From a virus, in IMG/VR virus record IMGVR_UViG_3300032896_000001, positions 1 through 64,000 of that record: a DNA stretch of 64,000 nt; one strand, 5' to 3'. Positions 36,114-45,862 of this stretch are shown piece by piece. The first letter of the stretch is position 1. Each line of letters starts with the position of its first letter. The notes below the pieces were generated by a model that searched no databases, was not told the origin of the DNA, and saw nothing but the letters and a program-made list of their open reading frames with translations. The position numbers and the translations under genes were made by a program.

Positions 36114-37415
36114 TCAGGACCACAGCGGCATCTGCCCCCTCGTCGGCCGCCTCGCCGCACGCCCGAACTGCTTGAACTTCGGCCGCCCCTCCCTGGTGCC
36201 CCTCTGGGCCGGGCCGAGCAGATCGGCGAGCTCAAGCCCTGACGCCTCGCGCACGCGGGCGAGGATGAGCTGCCCGACGTTCCGCGCGGCCTTCACATCG
36301 CACTCGGCAAGCCGCACGATCGTCCATCCCTCGGCGCGCATGCGGGCGTCCCGCTTCGCGTCCTTGACAGCGCGGACCTTGTGCCAGAAGTCGCCGTCCG
36401 CCTCGATGGCTAGCTTGTGCTTCGGCACAGCGAAGTCGATCGACCAGCGGAGGAACGGGTACTCCTGCGCGAAGCCGACGCCCAGCAATTCGAGCGCAAC
36501 CCGGACGCTCGCCTCCAGCTGCGTCTCGCCCATGAACTGGCGAACGCAGGAGACCGAGCAGAACCGCCTCTTCACGTCACTCGCATGCGTCCGGAATTCC
36601 TTACCGCAGTTGTGGCACGCCATCATGAGCGGCGGCCGGCGGCACTCCTCGGAGCAGAAGCGCCTGTGCCAGCCCTCGCGGGTGTAGTCGGGTAGCCGCT
36701 TGCCGCAACGCTCGCAATCGACGTACACAGTATTCACGTTCTGACAGGCCCACCCGCATGTCTGGTAGCGGTCCTCGTTCGACCGCGCGATTGTGAAGTC
36801 CCTGCCGCACACAGGGCACGTCTTGGTGATCGTCCGGCCCCCGCTGCGGCACCTCATGGAGCAGAAGGGCCAGCCGCTCGTTATCACGTAGTCCCTGGTG
36901 AAGGACTTGCCACATCTCGCGCAGTCGTAGGCGTAGACCACGGGCTCCGGGTTAAGCCGAAGGTGCCGGGGATTCACGCACCTGTTGTGCGGGTCGCTGC
37001 CGCCGGAAGTCGGACAGTCCTTTGGACAGCACGTGTGGCCGACCTCCCGCCCCTCGGGGATGGGTCCGATGAAGAACTCATACGCCCATCGGTGCGCCTT
37101 GCGCTGAGGCGGCTTGCCGTCCTTGACGTAGATGTTCGCGTGACCGCTTTTCGGGTGAATCGAGTTCGTGTACAGCCAGCAGGCGTTCGGCCCGCCGGAT
37201 CTGTCGGAGTAGCCGAGGAACCTGACGATCACGGGCACATAGGTGTGCGGCCTGAAGGCCGCAACCTGCGGCAGCAACGGCTCGATGTAGTGCTCCAGGC
37301 ACAGGCCGTCGATTATCGGCCCGTCGATGCAACCAGCACCCGGGCATGTAGATTCGAGCACGGCGACTCCTTCCAGTCGTCCAAGCCCCGGGCCGGGACA
37401 ACGAATGCGCCACAT
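36114..37415 (-). CDS. HNH endonuclease with repeated zinc ribbons and a C-terminal DUF559/Vsr-like nuclease domain
   Basis: CWLYT..AHRWAYE..GH.C..CVNPRHL; several CxxCG..FCS..C; IDFA..LAIEADGDFWH..D..RD..GW.IVR; start uncertain; TATAAT near 37452. Confidence 0.85.
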   Translation of the reverse strand: MWRIRCPGPGLGRLEGVAVLESTCPGAGCIDGPIIDGLCLEHYIEPLLPQVAAFRPHTYVPVIVRFLGYSDRSGGPNACWLYTNSIHPKSGHANIYVKDGKPPQRKAHRWAYEFFIGPIPEGREVGHTCCPKDCPTSGGSDPHNRCVNPRHLRLNPEPVVYAYDCARCGKSFTRDYVITSGWPFCSMRCRSGGRTITKTCPVCGRDFTIARSNEDRYQTCGWACQNVNTVYVDCERCGKRLPDYTREGWHRRFCSEECRRPPLMMACHNCGKEFRTHASDVKRRFCSVSCVRQFMGETQLEASVRVALELLGVGFAQEYPFLRWSIDFAVPKHKLAIEADGDFWHKVRAVKDAKRDARMRAEGWTIVRLAECDVKAARNVGQLILARVREASGLELADLLGPAQRGTREGRPKFKQFGRAARRPTRGQMPLWS

Positions 37416-37518
37416 TCGCCGGTCGTGGGGGTTTCGCGTGCTAATTCGATTATACCGAATTGAACTGGCCTATAAAGCCCGATCAGCGCTTTCGCCGCCG
37501 AATTGCGGGAGGTGCCGA

Positions 37519-38175
37519 ATGGGCGATGCGAGCCTGCTTGGCCCCTTCGGCGAGACCGACTGCCGGCAGCCGCACATGTACGCCCGGGACATCCGCTCGG
37601 CCGCGGGGAACTGCGTGTGCAAGGCGGCACCCTGGGATGCCCGGCATGAGGCGATCGCCCCGGGCCTGGGTGCCTCTGAGCTCCGCGCGGCGATCCGGAA
37701 GTGCATCGGCGGGGAGCCCGTCCGGGAGTTCTCCGAGGAGATCCAGCGCGGCGTGGTCCGGCAGCTGATCCCGGTCGCCAAGAGCGCCGAGAAGCAATTT
37801 CTGCTCGGCCTGGCCTATGTCGCCGGCCGTGATCCGCGTATCCGCAAGGGCATGGACGGCGGCCGTGATTTTCTCGACCCCGAAGACCTCGAGCGCGCCT
37901 GCTGGTCCTTCCTCCCGGGTGGCGGCCAGGTCGGCATCGGGCACATCGACGGCACTCTCGGGCACCTGACCGTGACCGAGAACTACATCTACCGCGGCCC
38001 GGACTGGGAGCAGCCGTCCGGCTTGGTCCTGAAGTCCGGCATGGCGTGGCTTATCGGGGGCCTGTGTGATGACCATGCCTGGCGGATGGCCAAGGCCGGG
38101 CATGTGAACGGGTTCTCCCCCCAAGGCGGGGGACGGCGGCTCAAGGTTCCGGCCATGGCGGGAGGTCTGTCGTGA
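37519..38175 (+). CDS. XkdF-like putative prohead protease
   Basis: FLLGLAY...D...LERACW...H...ENY...W..G...W...K.G..NGFSPQG; upstream of scaffold and capsid. Confidence 0.75.
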   Translation: MGDASLLGPFGETDCRQPHMYARDIRSAAGNCVCKAAPWDARHEAIAPGLGASELRAAIRKCIGGEPVREFSEEIQRGVVRQLIPVAKSAEKQFLLGLAYVAGRDPRIRKGMDGGRDFLDPEDLERACWSFLPGGGQVGIGHIDGTLGHLTVTENYIYRGPDWEQPSGLVLKSGMAWLIGGLCDDHAWRMAKAGHVNGFSPQGGGRRLKVPAMAGGLS

Positions 38176-40445
38176 CAATGCTCCCCGACATCGACGACGA
38201 CGAGTTCACCCAGCTCACCGACGTGAACACCCCCAGGGCGGACATGGTCGGCCAGCCTGCCCACGGGTGGCCCGGCTGGCTGGTGATGAAACAGGACGCA
38301 GAGGGCGCGCTGCTCGACCCCGAGTTCGTCCGGGACCTGCTGTCAAAGAACACCGAACAGGAGGCCCCCGTGCCCCAAGCGACCGACGCGGGAGAGACGA
38401 CCCTCCCTAACGGCATCACCCTCAAGGGCTCCCCGGCTGCCATGGCCGCGTTCATCCACGCCTCGTCGGTCCGCAAGCAGGAGCAGCGGGCCGAGGACGA
38501 GCCGGGAGACGGCGACGTCGCCAAGGCCGACATGAGCGCGAAGAGCATCAACGACCTCGACGACTCCGACTTCGCGTACATCGAGCCGGGCGGCAAGAAG
38601 GACGACGAGGGCAAGACGACGCCCCGGTCGCTGCGGCACTTCCCGGTCAACGACGCCGCGCACGTCCGCAACGCCCTGTCCCGCGCCCCGCAGTCCCCGT
38701 TCGGCGAGAAGGCCATGCCCAAGATCAAGGCCCGCGCGAAGGCGCTCGGCATCGACGTAGCCAAGGAGGCCGGCGTGGCCGAGCCAGTGACCAAGGACAT
38801 GATGGACGCCGCCGGGGACGCGATGCCCCTCGATGACGGCGAGGACGGCCTCGACCCGACGGTCCCCCTCGCGATGCCGGAGGAGATGGCCCCGGGCGAC
38901 CCGACCGACCCCGGGTCCCCCGCGTGGGAGTCGGTCGACGCGGCGACGGCGATGAAGTGGACGACGATCCTCGCCCGCGCCGGCGCCGCGATCTCGATGA
39001 TGGCGGACCGGGAGATGCTCGAGGCCGCCAGCGCCGACCCGTCCGACGCGGAGAACGCGATGGACCTGCAGGACGTGCGCTGCGCGATCGACTACGCGAT
39101 CAGCGTCCTGGCCCCGTTCGCCGTGTCCGAGCAGTCCGAGGCTGACTGCGGGGCGATGGAGATGGAGGCGATCGGGAAGGCCGCCGCCGCCCTCGAGGCG
39201 TCCCCGCTGGCCGAGATCGAGGGCCTGGCCGCGATCCGGAAGGCGGGCCGGGTCCTGTCGTCCGCGAACGAGGCGAAGATCCGGGACGCCGCGAAGGCGC
39301 TCGGCGACGTCCTCGCGTCGCTCCCGTCCGCACCCGCGGCCGACACGGTCGCCAAGGAGAAGGAGGCCGTCATGGCCAGCCACACCATCGACGTGCGCGG
39401 CCGGGAGATGGCGCAGGGAGCCTCCGCGGCGACTCTCGCCAAGCCCGGCCCCGTCGTCAAGACCGCCATGCCCCCCGAGGACCAGGCCCGGAACACGGGC
39501 CCTGTGAACGCGGGCGGCACGACCGGCATGGGCCAGCCCCGCACGACCGGCCCCGACTCGGCGCTGCCCGGCGACGGCCCGCAGGAGGCCCGCCCCGGCG
39601 ACGCCCCCGGCCGCGCCGTCGTCAAGGGCGCCCTCCGGGTCGCCGTGTACGACCAGGGCGGCTCCCTCGCCGGGATCGTCGACCCCGGCCGTATCGTCGA
39701 GAAGGTCGCCAAGGCCGACTCCGACGCCCCCCCGAAGACCGCGATGCAGGCGGTCTTCGACGAGGACGGCAACCTCGTCGGCATCGTCGACCCCGCCGAC
39801 ATCACCCCGGTAGCCGGGGCGGGCGGCGGGTCGTCCGACAGCGACGGCGACGGGGACGGCATGCAGGCCGGCCCCGCCGCCGCAGCGGCCCCCGCGGACG
39901 GCGACATGACCCCGCAGCCCCCCGCCGACGCCGGCACCCCCGCCGACGCCGTGGGCAAGGCCGCGGACGAAAACGTGGACAGCCCTGGCACCGAAGCGCT
40001 CGACAGCATCATCGCGAAGGCAGTGGCAGCGGCAGCCGGCACGTTCGCCCCGGCACAGGAGGTCGTCGCCAGGCAGGCGGCCGACCTCGCCAGGGCGCTC
40101 GAAGAGGTCGAGCTGCTCAAGGCCCGCGTCGAGGTGGTGGAGGAGCACCCGGCCGCGCCGGGCGTGTTCACCAACGGGGCGCAGCCGCCCACGACAGCCG
40201 ACGGGCGCCCGCTCCCGCCGCCCGGCCAGCTCCGCGGGCAGGACCAGGGCCGCAGCGCGCCCGGGCAGATCAACATCGCCAAGGCGATGGAGCGCCGCAA
40301 GGAGCTCTACACGGCCCCCGACGCGGCGACCCAGAACACGATCGCCAAGGAGATGCAGGGCGACGCCATCGGCGCCCTGCAGGCCATTCACGCGGCCGGG
40401 CCGTCCCCGGTCCGGCTGGCCCCGGCGGAACTCGCCGCCCAGTAG
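38172..40445 (+). CDS. Scaffold/capsid-maturation protein (DUF6582-like segment)
   Basis: Acidic, low complexity; DSDFAYIEPGG...RHFPVNDAAHVRNALSR; KAGRVLSSANE. Confidence 0.7.
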   Translation: MTMLPDIDDDEFTQLTDVNTPRADMVGQPAHGWPGWLVMKQDAEGALLDPEFVRDLLSKNTEQEAPVPQATDAGETTLPNGITLKGSPAAMAAFIHASSVRKQEQRAEDEPGDGDVAKADMSAKSINDLDDSDFAYIEPGGKKDDEGKTTPRSLRHFPVNDAAHVRNALSRAPQSPFGEKAMPKIKARAKALGIDVAKEAGVAEPVTKDMMDAAGDAMPLDDGEDGLDPTVPLAMPEEMAPGDPTDPGSPAWESVDAATAMKWTTILARAGAAISMMADREMLEAASADPSDAENAMDLQDVRCAIDYAISVLAPFAVSEQSEADCGAMEMEAIGKAAAALEASPLAEIEGLAAIRKAGRVLSSANEAKIRDAAKALGDVLASLPSAPAADTVAKEKEAVMASHTIDVRGREMAQGASAATLAKPGPVVKTAMPPEDQARNTGPVNAGGTTGMGQPRTTGPDSALPGDGPQEARPGDAPGRAVVKGALRVAVYDQGGSLAGIVDPGRIVEKVAKADSDAPPKTAMQAVFDEDGNLVGIVDPADITPVAGAGGGSSDSDGDGDGMQAGPAAAAAPADGDMTPQPPADAGTPADAVGKAADENVDSPGTEALDSIIAKAVAAAAGTFAPAQEVVARQAADLARALEEVELLKARVEVVEEHPAAPGVFTNGAQPPTTADGRPLPPPGQLRGQDQGRSAPGQINIAKAMERRKELYTAPDAATQNTIAKEMQGDAIGALQAIHAAGPSPVRLAPAELAAQ

Positions 40446-40532
40446 CGGCGCCCCTTCAGCAGCACCACCCGAAGCCCTCGCAGGCAAAGCGCCGCGGGGG
40501 CTTCTTGCATGCCCCCCGAAAGGAGGCAAGCG

Positions 40533-42026
40533 ATGACCGCACCAGCGCAGAACATCAGCGAGGAGACCCTCGCGGAGATCCAGAAGGCCCAGACGCCGGG
40601 CATCTACGAGTCGACCGGGATCTGGTCGTACGACCTGTCCGGCCTCGTGTCCCTCGTCCCGGTCGTGACCCCGTTCCGGGATCTCGTCGCACGCGAGAAG
40701 GTTACTGACGGTAACCCATTTGCCGTGTGGCGCGCATTGATGAACGTCAATAGCTCCCAGCTAGACCCGGCAATGGGCATCGACTACGCCGCGAACGAAG
40801 CCACGTTCAGTGAGCAGGACTTCCAGGCGAAGTACGCCCCAACCGGCTACGCCGGCCTCGTCACCCAGGACGCGTTCGACTTCGCGACCGGCTACGCGGA
40901 CCCCTACGCCGTCGCGACCTTCCAGACCCTCAACCAGGTGCTGATCGGCGACGACCGCAAGCAACTCGGCGCGCAGTCCTTCGCCCTCGCCGCCGCCGCC
41001 GCCCCGTCGATGACCACCGCCACCACCGGCGGCACCATCGCCCTCAACACCACCGTCTACATCGGCGTCGCGGCCCGCACCGGCTCCGGCTTCTACTACG
41101 GCTCCGGCAACAGCCAGGGCAACAGCAACAGCGTCGAGACCGGCGGCAGCACCTCCACCAACACCGTCACCGGCACCGTCACCGCCATCCGCGGCGCCGT
41201 CTGCTACGACTGGTTCCAGAGCAGCAACGGCACCGTCTGGTACTACTACACGACGACCACCGTCAACTCGGTCACGATGACCAAGGTCATCACCACCAAC
41301 CAGGCGCTCCCCACCACCATCCCCGACCTGTCCGCCAACTGGAACGGCGTCGCCGGCGTCCCCACCTACAACGCGGCGGCTGACAACGGCTCCGCGAACG
41401 CCGACGACTACGACGGGTTCCTCGCCAGCCTCTCCGGCGACTACTCCTCCACCGGCCAGTGGGTCAAGCCCGGCACCGGCACCGCCAACCCGTCCCAGTG
41501 GACCTCCCTCAACGGCGCCGCCCTCACCCTCGGCGGCGGCACCGTCAACGAGATCGAGGAATACCTCTTCCTCACCCTCTGGAACGCCGTCAAGTGCTCG
41601 CCCACCGCGATCATGATGAACGCAGCCCAGGCGCAGGAAGTCGCCAACCTCATCCTCGCCAGCGGCAGCGCGACCACCTTCCTCAACACCGACGCCTCGG
41701 GCCGCATCAGCGTCACCGCCGGCGGCCGCGTCGGGGAGATCGTCAACGCCCCCGCCGGCGGCGCCACCGTCCCCATCGAGGTCCACGTCTCGCTGCCCCC
41801 GGGCACCATCATCGCGAGGACCGACCGGGTGCCCTTCCCGCAGGCCAACATCAGCAACGTCCTCGCGATGCGCTGCCTCCGCGACACCGCCCAGTTCGAC
41901 TACGGCATCGCGCGAGTCGCCGGGACCAAGGGCGGGGGGCCCCGCAAAGAGTTCGAGATAAGGTCAGTCAGTGCCCTGGCGAACCGCGCGCCGGTAGCCA
42001 TGGCTGTGCTGTCAAACGTCTCCTAG
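40533..42026 (+). CDS. Major capsid protein
   Basis: Strong RBS GAAAGGAGG, highly biased codons, position after scaffold, YDL...LVPVVTPFR. Confidence 0.8.
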   Translation: MTAPAQNISEETLAEIQKAQTPGIYESTGIWSYDLSGLVSLVPVVTPFRDLVAREKVTDGNPFAVWRALMNVNSSQLDPAMGIDYAANEATFSEQDFQAKYAPTGYAGLVTQDAFDFATGYADPYAVATFQTLNQVLIGDDRKQLGAQSFALAAAAAPSMTTATTGGTIALNTTVYIGVAARTGSGFYYGSGNSQGNSNSVETGGSTSTNTVTGTVTAIRGAVCYDWFQSSNGTVWYYYTTTTVNSVTMTKVITTNQALPTTIPDLSANWNGVAGVPTYNAAADNGSANADDYDGFLASLSGDYSSTGQWVKPGTGTANPSQWTSLNGAALTLGGGTVNEIEEYLFLTLWNAVKCSPTAIMMNAAQAQEVANLILASGSATTFLNTDASGRISVTAGGRVGEIVNAPAGGATVPIEVHVSLPPGTIIARTDRVPFPQANISNVLAMRCLRDTAQFDYGIARVAGTKGGGPRKEFEIRSVSALANRAPVAMAVLSNVS

Positions 42027-42179
42027 CTGGGGCGACAAGACAATTCAAGGGTTTTCATCGCACCGTACACGTGTTCTACCTCGGCATGATAGGCTCTTGG
42101 TAGTAATCAGGCGGCCCGGTCGGTGAGTCACCACCGGCCGGGCCAAGCCTGCCAACCCGCCATCACCGGGAGACAGACC

Positions 42180-43250
42180 GTGATCAACCCTACGGAAGAA
42201 AACCCTGCTCGCAAGGGCGAGCCGTGCCCTCTCGTGGAGAACGGCAAGATCTGCGGGGAGCCCGTGTTCGCGCGCGGGTGGTGCTCGAAGCACTACACGA
42301 CCGCGAGGCGCTTCGGCGACCCGCTGTTCCCTGTGAAGCGCCGCGGCAAGCAGGGCGGCAAGTGTCTCGCGCCCGAGGGGTGCGACAAGCCGGCCAAGGC
42401 GCACAATCTCTGCGAGAACCACCGCAGGCTGATGGCCAAGTACGGCGAGACGACACCCTCGCGCGAGCGGCGTTTCTGGGCGAAGGTCGACAAGAGCGGC
42501 GGCCCCGACGCCTGCTGGCCTTGGACCGGCTGGTGTCAGAAGAACGGCTACGGCCAGTACGGCTCCACTCGCAACGGCTCGAACCTGGTCCACCGCATCG
42601 CCTACGAGTACCTAGTCGACCCCATCCCGGACGGCCTCGTACTCGACCACCTGTGCCACACGGCCGACCCGCAGTGCGCAGACAACGACGCCTGCCCGCA
42701 CCGCAAATGCTGCAACCCGAAACACGGGGAGCCCGTCACCAGGCGCGAGAACATCGCCCGAGGTCGAGGCGGCGACTCGTGGGGCTACGTGCCCGATCCC
42801 ATCCCGGCCCCGGCCGAGAAGCCGATCAACTGCGTCAAGTGCGGCCGCACGGACAAGCCCGTCTACAAGAGCGGCATGTGCCGCCTCTGCTACCGCAAGC
42901 GTCACGAAGACCCCGCTTTCATGCCCCGGGCGGAGCGAACGCTCGAGGTCCGCTTCTGGTCCAAGGTCGACAAGGACGGCCCGCTCCCTTATGAGCGGCT
43001 TGACCTGGGGCCGTGCTGGATCTGGACCGCCGGCATCAATAAGACGACCGGCTATGCCCGATTCGCCGTCAAGCATGGCGAGATGATGGACGGCCACCGC
43101 CTCTCGTACCTAATGGCCCACGGCTCGATCCCCGAGAAGCACGACGTGCATCACGTGTGCCTCCGGCGGGCCTGCGTTAACCCGGCCCACCTCGAGGCCG
43201 TGACTCGATCTGTCAACCTCGCCGAGCGGAAGAACCGCCGGAGCAGGTAG
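42180..43250 (+). CDS. Homing endonuclease with two HNH domains
   Basis: Two RFW.KVDK..CW.WT..HR..Y..H.C..C.NP.H blocks. Confidence 0.9.
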   Translation: MINPTEENPARKGEPCPLVENGKICGEPVFARGWCSKHYTTARRFGDPLFPVKRRGKQGGKCLAPEGCDKPAKAHNLCENHRRLMAKYGETTPSRERRFWAKVDKSGGPDACWPWTGWCQKNGYGQYGSTRNGSNLVHRIAYEYLVDPIPDGLVLDHLCHTADPQCADNDACPHRKCCNPKHGEPVTRRENIARGRGGDSWGYVPDPIPAPAEKPINCVKCGRTDKPVYKSGMCRLCYRKRHEDPAFMPRAERTLEVRFWSKVDKDGPLPYERLDLGPCWIWTAGINKTTGYARFAVKHGEMMDGHRLSYLMAHGSIPEKHDVHHVCLRRACVNPAHLEAVTRSVNLAERKNRRSR

Positions 43251-43259
43251 GCGCAGCGG

Positions 43260-43296
43260 AACGGCCCCGGCGGGACTGCTCCGCGCCGGGGCCGTT
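43260..43296. terminator. Hairpin between convergent genes
   Basis: AACGGCCCCGGCG / CGCCGGGGCCGTT. Confidence 0.75.
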
Positions 43297-43307
43297 CGCT
43301 GTCGGGG

Positions 43308-44201
43308 CTAGGGCAGGTCGGGCTCCTGGCTGTCGTCCCACGGGCCGAATTCCTCCGGCGGGAACATGATCTCCGCGACGTCGGCCGGGGTCATCCCGAG
43401 GTCGCGGGCGACCTTCTTGACGGGCGACGGGTGACCTTCGGGGACCTCGTTCCAGGCGTCCCAGACGTCCTTGAACATCTGCTTCGTGCGAATGAAGGCG
43501 GCCTCTTCCGCGTCCTCGGCCGTTGTGGCGTCGTCGGGGACCGCGAACCGGGCGGCCTCGCGCTCCACGTCCGGGACGTCCTCGGCGGACTCGAGGACGA
43601 GCTCGGCGGCGCGCGTGAGCCGGTTGGCGATCAGGAGCGCCTCCTCGGGCGACAGCATCGCGTACGCCTGCTGGCGGTCGTCCCCGTCGATTCCAAGCCC
43701 GACCATGCCGGGGGTCATCCCGAGGTCGCGGGCGACCTTCTTGACGGGCGACGGGTGACCTTCGGGGACCTCGTTCCAGGCGTCCCAGACGTCCTTGAAC
43801 ATCTGCTTCGTGCGAATGAAGGCGGCCTCTTCCGCGTCCTCGGCCGTTGTGGCGTCGTCGGGGACCGCGAACCGGGCGGCCTCGCGCTCCACGTCCGGGA
43901 CGTCCTCGGCGGACTCGAGGACGAGCTCGGCGGCGCGCGTGAGCCGGTTGGCGATCAGGAGCGCCTCCTCGGGCGACAGCATCGCGTACGCCTGCTGGCG
44001 GTCGTCCCCGTCGATTCCAAGCCCGACCATGCCGGGGTCGTGGCCGGGCGCGCCGCAGTCGTCGCATTCGAAGGCGCCCTCGGGGGCGAAGACGTGCTCG
44101 ACGGCGATGCGGTCTCCGCCGCAGTCCCCGAAGACGACTCCGATCGTGCGGGTGCGCATCGGGATGCCCTTGCTGGCGGCTTCGGGTTCGCTCTCGCTCA
44201 C
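43308..44201 (-). CDS. Acidic hypothetical protein with internal 108-aa duplication
   Basis: ORF track; contains the 324-bp tandem repeat. Confidence 0.7.
   Translation of the reverse strand: MSESEPEAASKGIPMRTRTIGVVFGDCGGDRIAVEHVFAPEGAFECDDCGAPGHDPGMVGLGIDGDDRQQAYAMLSPEEALLIANRLTRAAELVLESAEDVPDVEREAARFAVPDDATTAEDAEEAAFIRTKQMFKDVWDAWNEVPEGHPSPVKKVARDLGMTPGMVGLGIDGDDRQQAYAMLSPEEALLIANRLTRAAELVLESAEDVPDVEREAARFAVPDDATTAEDAEEAAFIRTKQMFKDVWDAWNEVPEGHPSPVKKVARDLGMTPADVAEIMFPPEEFGPWDDSQEPDLP
43387..44034. repeat. 324-bp tandem duplication, apparently perfect
   Basis: 43387-43710 matches 43711-44034; landmarks 43471/43795 and 43701/44025. Confidence 0.95.
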
Positions 44202-44572
44202 GGGTTCTCCTTGGGGTCGATGATTCGAAGGTTGGACAGGTCGTTGTTGCGCGGGTCGCCGTCTATGTGGTGGACGACGCGCCCGTCTTGCGGAGTGATG
44301 CCTGCGCGGCGGCGTCCGGCCCGGAGCGCGGCGGCCTTGTCGCGGTACTCTTCCGCCGCCTCCACGTCGGCCAGGAGGGCGTCAAGGCCGGCGAGCCAGT
44401 CGGCGCTGACGAGGACGGCCGTCCCGTCGAGTCGCAGGCGGGCGCTGTCGAGCGCGGCCACGAGGACGTCGTTCATGCCCGCTCCGCGCTGCGCCGCCGA
44501 GACCTTGAGCCAGCGGTGGAGCTCTGGCGGCAGTTTCGCGAGGAACCTAACCCGCTTATCTTCATTACTCAT
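44198..44572 (-). CDS. Ribbon-helix-helix-like protein with C-terminal HNH motif
   Basis: RFLAKLPPELHRWLKVSAA...MND; VHHIDGDPRNNDLSNL; leaderless TAAGCT-N7-ATG. Confidence 0.7.
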   Translation of the reverse strand: MSNEDKRVRFLAKLPPELHRWLKVSAAQRGAGMNDVLVAALDSARLRLDGTAVLVSADWLAGLDALLADVEAAEEYRDKAAALRAGRRRAGITPQDGRVVHHIDGDPRNNDLSNLRIIDPKENP

Positions 44573-44601
44573 GTAATCAAGCTTATCAGATAAGGAGCGC
44601 C

Positions 44602-45069
44602 ATGGACCTCTACTCGAAGGTCGGCGCCGACTCTCACGTCGACCCCGTGCACGGCCGGTTCACCCCAGACGAGGAGACCGGCGCGTTCCACTTCCCCGAC
44701 GAGGTGTCGGACGCGATCGGCGGGTTCGCCGTCAAAGGGAAGAAGTTGTGGGAGAACGAGACGGAGCGGGCCGACCGGATGCACGGCCTGGACCTCGCCC
44801 GCCGGCGCGATCCCGCGACGATGCTGACGATGCAGGAGGAGAACGTCGCGCTGATGCGGCAGCTGACGCAGCTGACCGCGCAGCTCGCCGCAGTCCAGAT
44901 CGGCCAGGCCGCGCCCGCGGCCCCGTCCGAGCCCGCCGTCGCCGCCGAGGCGACCGTCGAGCCCGTGGCCGAGCCTGGGGTCGAATCCGCCCCCGAGCCG
45001 TCGCCTGAGCCGCGCGCAGCCGCCGTGAAGGCCTCCCGCACGCCGAAGGTCGCGGCGAAGCCCGCATAA
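44602..45069 (+). CDS. Putative head-associated protein
   Basis: RBS TAAGGAG; late-strand position; Pro/Ala/Lys-rich tail. Confidence 0.6.
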   Translation: MDLYSKVGADSHVDPVHGRFTPDEETGAFHFPDEVSDAIGGFAVKGKKLWENETERADRMHGLDLARRRDPATMLTMQEENVALMRQLTQLTAQLAAVQIGQAAPAAPSEPAVAAEATVEPVAEPGVESAPEPSPEPRAAAVKASRTPKVAAKPA

Positions 45070-45202
45070 CCCCGCAGCACCCCGTTTCCGCCCCCGCGAG
45101 CGCCCGCTCCGGAGGTTTCGTCATGCCCCGCCTCCGCGGCCGGGCAGCCGCCCCAGCCCGACCCGCGCGGCATTCCCCGCGCCAGCCCACCGGAGGTAAA
45201 CC

Positions 45203-45862
45203 ATGCCGAACTCAGTGCTCGTGACCGGCGGCAACAACGGCCCCCTCGCGACGGAGAACATCAGCACCCCGGCGACGTTCAACGCCGAGATCACCGCCCT
45301 CGGCGGCATCAACACGCAGCAGCTCCCCGCCGGGTACCTCGGCCAGTCGATCAGCTCCGACGTCCTGTCCGCCACGGCGGTGGTCCTGACGACCGCCTAC
45401 GGGTACCTCACCCGGGTCGTCGTCCCCGTCGCGGGCGTCACCTCCTACCTGGACGTGATCCTCACCGCGTACGGTTCGCCGACCGGGGCGATCTGGGGGC
45501 TCTACACCGGCTCCGGCGTCAACCCGGTCGCCTGGACGGCGGAGTCCCACGCGAGCATCACCGGCAACGGGCTCACGTCCGTCCCCTGGGTGACGCCGGC
45601 GAGCATCGCGGCGGGGACGTACTACGTGTACCAGTGCTACACGGCCACCACCCCGTCGATGCCGGGCGTCACCGCGACGTCCACCGGGTCCGCCGGGGCG
45701 GCGATCATGAACCCGAACTGCTCGCTGTCCGCCACGGTTCCCACCCTGAACTCGGCCGTCCTGACATCGGGCGCCCCGACGACGATCGGCTCGACGACCC
45801 AGCTCACCTGGGGCACCTCGTGGGCGTTCGCGGCGACCAAGCTGTGGTACGGGATCCGGTAA
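45203..45862 (+). CDS. Putative virion structural/decoration protein
   Basis: RBS GGAGG; Thr/Gly/Ser-rich beta-type composition. Confidence 0.65.
   Translation: MPNSVLVTGGNNGPLATENISTPATFNAEITALGGINTQQLPAGYLGQSISSDVLSATAVVLTTAYGYLTRVVVPVAGVTSYLDVILTAYGSPTGAIWGLYTGSGVNPVAWTAESHASITGNGLTSVPWVTPASIAAGTYYVYQCYTATTPSMPGVTATSTGSAGAAIMNPNCSLSATVPTLNSAVLTSGAPTTIGSTTQLTWGTSWAFAATKLWYGIR

Noticed and set aside
42026-43250. Group I intron or intein around the HNH genes
   Set aside because: The capsid gene ends with its own stop, the HNH has its own promoter-like sequence and terminator, and no splice or intein motifs were seen.
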